Positions 61,370-64,000 of a stretch of 64,000 bases of DNA are shown here, piece after piece. A program made the position numbers and the translations under genes. The DNA is from Hormiphora californensis (Eukaryota; Animalia; Ctenophora). The DNA lies in the NCBI GenBank assembly GCA_020137815.1, contig CM035353.1, positions 6,510,001-6,574,000 on the forward strand, given 5' to 3'. How positions within the stretch are numbered: position 1 is the first letter of the stretch; each line of letters opens with the position of its first letter. The notes below the pieces were generated by a model, which made no database searches, was not told where the DNA came from, and was given only the letters and a program-made list of their open reading frames with translations.

Positions 61370-61682
61370 TATGACTAAAGTATTAGAATTTCAAAGTAAT
61401 GTCTATAACACGAAGACTGATATTGAGAACCCTACTATTTCCTCCAGTAACATCCTTCCTGATATTTACAAAGTATTTAGATTAGATAGTAGTAGTCGCA
61501 CCCACCCAACAGACACTCTGAAACCAAAGAAGTTTCGAGCTAACAGTGGAGGGGTGCTGATTGCCCACAGTGAGGATATAGGAATTTCTAGCCATAAATT
61601 TAGCAAGTTCAGCGGCCAGGCTGAACTACTTAGTATATTTATTAACCTTAACAATACCAACGTTTGTATCAGTACCTTTTAG
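61370..61682 (+). pseudogene. Non-LTR retrotransposon apurinic-like endonuclease fragment (CR1/L2 group)
   Basis: ILPDIYKVFRLD...KKFRANSGGVLIA...AELLSI...CISTF: Y..FR.DR...GGGV motif. Confidence 0.8.
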
Positions 61683-61910
61683 TTTTTACAGTCACGAGGA
61701 CGTTTCGGGCAGATGTATCAAGGTAGCAGGACACATCGACGTGGAAGATAGTAAACATAACAAGACCATACTACACCATGAGGGTGGAGTCCATCCCGCG
61801 GATGATAGAATCAAAGGTGAGGTTTTTTAGGCCCCCAATCGATATTACAGCGGAACACAGAAAAGGCCGAAGCCCATGGTATGCACTGAAACGTTATTAT
61901 ATCGCTCCAG

Positions 61911-62025
61911 GAAGTGGAAAAACTGTGATATTTGTATTTGGCGTTTGCGGTGGGGGTGCTAGAGATGGTGACTATCCTAGTCACACCACTCCTGGCAATC
62001 AACAGGGGCCATATAAAGAAACGGA
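61911..62025 (+). pseudogene. RecQ-like helicase motif I/Ia exon copy (partial copy also at 60047-60140)
   Basis: CTCCAG|GAAGTGGAAAAACT...TILVTPLLAINRGHIKK. Confidence 0.5.
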
Positions 62026-62135
62026 ATGAGGTATATTTTCCAACCGTGCTTTTACCATGTTTCGGAAACAGGATAAACATAGCTTTGATATGGAGTATTC
62101 TTTCAGTTTGTATTCAACGTGATTTGTTCGGAGTA

Positions 62136-62312
62136 ACACCTCAGCCTGGTCCCGCCACACCTCAGCCTGGTCCCGCCACACCTCAGCCTGGTCCTGCCAC
62201 ACCTCAGCCTGGTCCTGCCACACCTCAGCCTGGTCCTGCCACACCTCAGCCTGGTCCTACCACACCTCATCCCGCTCCTACACCTCCTTAGCCTGGTCCC
62301 GCACACCTCAGC
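62136..62312. repeat. 21-bp minisatellite, about 8 copies
   Basis: (CACCTCAGCCTGGTCCYGCCA)n; reads TPQPGPA. Confidence 0.95.
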
Positions 62313-62411
62313 CAACACCTCCTCAAATACAGGCAATAGGCATTCAATGGTATATTTAAAAAGCCCAGACAATTAATATTTGGTTCAAAAGTAATTGTTT
62401 TTCTCTTTCAG

Positions 62412-62740
62412 TTTGTATTCAAGAATGCCTGAAAAAAGGACATATTCTGAAGGAAACCCAGCGTGAGTGTCTGATGCAACTGTGTTGTGGGAGATCTGTT
62501 TGCTGTGTGGCCCCCAACAGGTAATTATCTTCTGATAAGACGTACACTACACAATGAAGTATATTTCTGAACACACAATGACATTTGTAAGCCCGTGGCA
62601 TGCACTGAAACGTTATATCGCTCCAGGAAGTGGAAAAACATTAATATATATATATGGCGTTTGCGGTGGGGGTGCCAGAGATGGGGACTATATTAGTCAC
62701 ACCACTCCTGGCAATCAACAGGGGCCATATAAAGAAACAG
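62412..62740 (+). pseudogene. Spliced RecQ-like helicase N-terminal motifs (Q, I, Ia), two exons
   Basis: Exon 62412-62520 HILKETQRECLMQLCCGRSVCCVAPT(G), GT-AG intron 62521-62626, exon GSGKTLIY..MAFAVGVPEMGTILVTPLLAI; needs frameshifts in a C5 run and a (TA)n run. Confidence 0.65.
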
Positions 62741-62949
62741 TGCCTGCTATACCAATGATAGGTAGCCAATCAACAGAATATTCTTTATTTTTAGGCTATA
62801 TTTAAATTTACTGTATAAAGTTATTGAAAAAATCTCCACTTGCTGGTGATTGACCATTGTAAACTGTTAGTGTCTCCCGGTGTTGATCTTCAATTTAAAC
62901 GGATTGAGGAGAAGCTCTCCGCCACCACCGGCACCAAAACACAAACTGT

Positions 62950-63270
62950 CTACGGGATATTAAAAGATGCAGTAGAGGCGTGCTCAACTCCGATTATGTC
63001 TCGATAATAGAAAAGTTTAGGGACAGCTTCAAAGAACTACTACGTGATTTGTTCGGGGTAACGGAAACAGCAAAGCTGCACACTTTACCACATTACCCCC
63101 TTCATCGAGCACACTGGAACACCCCTTGGACAATACTCTGAGCAGACGGTAGAAACAGCTCACTTAGAGTTTCGAGCGCTGTGGGAACGTTCCTACCAGG
63201 TGAAGGACCACACGAGCCCATACTGCATGCCTCAGTTCTCCAAGGCGGTTAGGGAGATCTGGAGATAATA
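62950..63270 (+). pseudogene. Chapaev/Transib-related transposase fragment, inverted copy of 29405-29720
   Basis: HITPFIEHTGTPLGQYSEQTVETAHLEFRALWERSYQVKDH; nucleotide match to the reverse complement of 29.4-29.7 kb. Confidence 0.7.
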
Positions 63271-64000
63271 TGTCTACCGTAAATCCTTCAACTGACAACA
63301 ATTAATGTAATATTTGCGGACCTCACAGGTTTCTCCTTTTTGCGTGACCTGTTATACTACTTGCTAGGAATTAACATAATGTCTCCCCGAAACACAGGAG
63401 TCAAGAAGATTTTTAGTAATTTTTTAGTTATTTTAGTTGATCTAACGAGATTATCTTATAAAGTTGCCAATTTCTATAGTTCTGACGAAGGCGTTGACGC
63501 CGAAACAGTTAACCAACCACCGAGTTTACATGTTTACCAACCTAAGAGGCCGCCGGTATTCACTCTTCTTATTCCTGATTATTGAGGATAGGTTAACCAA
63601 GCTTGAGGCCGCTGCCAGCCAAGTACCTAAAACGACAGTAACAGCCCCTCGAGCTCCCAAAGATAGCTTGAGTGACTGCAACAGCTGTGACCGTATACCC
63701 CTTCATGCATGGTACAGAAGAAAGACGAAACAGAGATAGTATGCACACGGTGCAGCTCAGTGGACAAATCGGGCTGGAAAATACCGGGTGACATCCTGAT
63801 CGAGAAAGACGATGAAGAATAACAGATGGAACAAGACGGTGTTTGAAATTTAAGAAAACACATCCTGCCCCAAAACATGTCAAGTTCGCTCAGGCGCTCG
63901 AAAAGGAGAAAGAGAACTTCCCGAAGCTCCTAAAGTGAGGCTGCCGAGATGAACCTGATAAGAACATGCCACAGCGGGATATAAATGTTATATTGATTTG

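Larger units (their letters stand above)
55410..63972 (+). repeat. Right arm of the large shuffled inverted duplication
   Basis: See the 28810-34990 feature; ORF 59637-59933 (+) is nearly identical in peptide to ORF 30627-31019 (-). Confidence 0.88.

Noticed and set aside
61932-62291. GPCR-like reading (LLAINR as a DRY-like motif, IALIW; NPAMY at 58.38 kb)
   Set aside because: The same bases are better explained as RecQ-like motifs I/Ia once the intron is removed; no ordered seven-helix pattern.
62136-62312. CRISPR-like array (also considered 16745-16830, 33880-34260, 48565-48697)
   Set aside because: Head-to-tail repeats without unique spacers, no cas genes, eukaryotic context.
61778-62805. 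Unspliced P-loop protein YIAPGSGKT in ORFs 61778-62029 and 62554-62805
   Set aside because: The YIAP part is intron sequence ending in the CTCCAG acceptor; the real motif is APTGSGKT after splicing.
301-63883. ORF-track entries as real genes
   Set aside because: Short, often non-ATG starts, many lie in MITEs, palindromes or low-complexity DNA; recognisable ones are broken TE fragments. No intact CDS can be supported.

Overview
AT-rich eukaryotic (probably invertebrate) DNA with no intact protein-coding gene; almost all ORF-track entries are spurious or transposon debris. The CAGTCGGACCCCGATTTAGTGG-type MITE resembles repeats I recall from ctenophore (Pleurobrachia-like) genomes, which is unverified. 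The window is a transposon graveyard with four layers. (1) Nested non-autonomous DNA elements with readable TIRs and TSDs: five poly-G/poly-C-ended elements (four with perfect 8-bp TSDs), two CCCAGTG-ended 8-bp-TSD MITEs, two TTAA-flanked Kolobok-like MITEs, a 4-bp-TSD Sola2-like MITE, TA-flanked Tc1/mariner derivatives and a Helitron/Helentron-like element. (2) Near-perfect palindromes at every scale from about 20 bp to over 600-bp arms; one is visibly a fold-back of a Tc1/mariner 5' end at its start codon. (3) A 3400-bp tandem duplication (35.3-42.1 kb) and a large shuffled inverted duplication (about 28.8-35 kb versus 55.4-64 kb). (4) A mosaic of 100-400-bp coding fragments from many TE families (hAT, Merlin/ISXO2, Chapaev/Transib-like, Sola-like, THAP, Myb/SANT, RecQ-like helicase, Helitron helicase, LINE endonuclease/ORF1/ORF2) that are co-oriented in large blocks, suggestive of a small-RNA source locus. 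All protein family calls are by-eye motif recognition, not database searches. Coordinates of degraded fragments are approximate.
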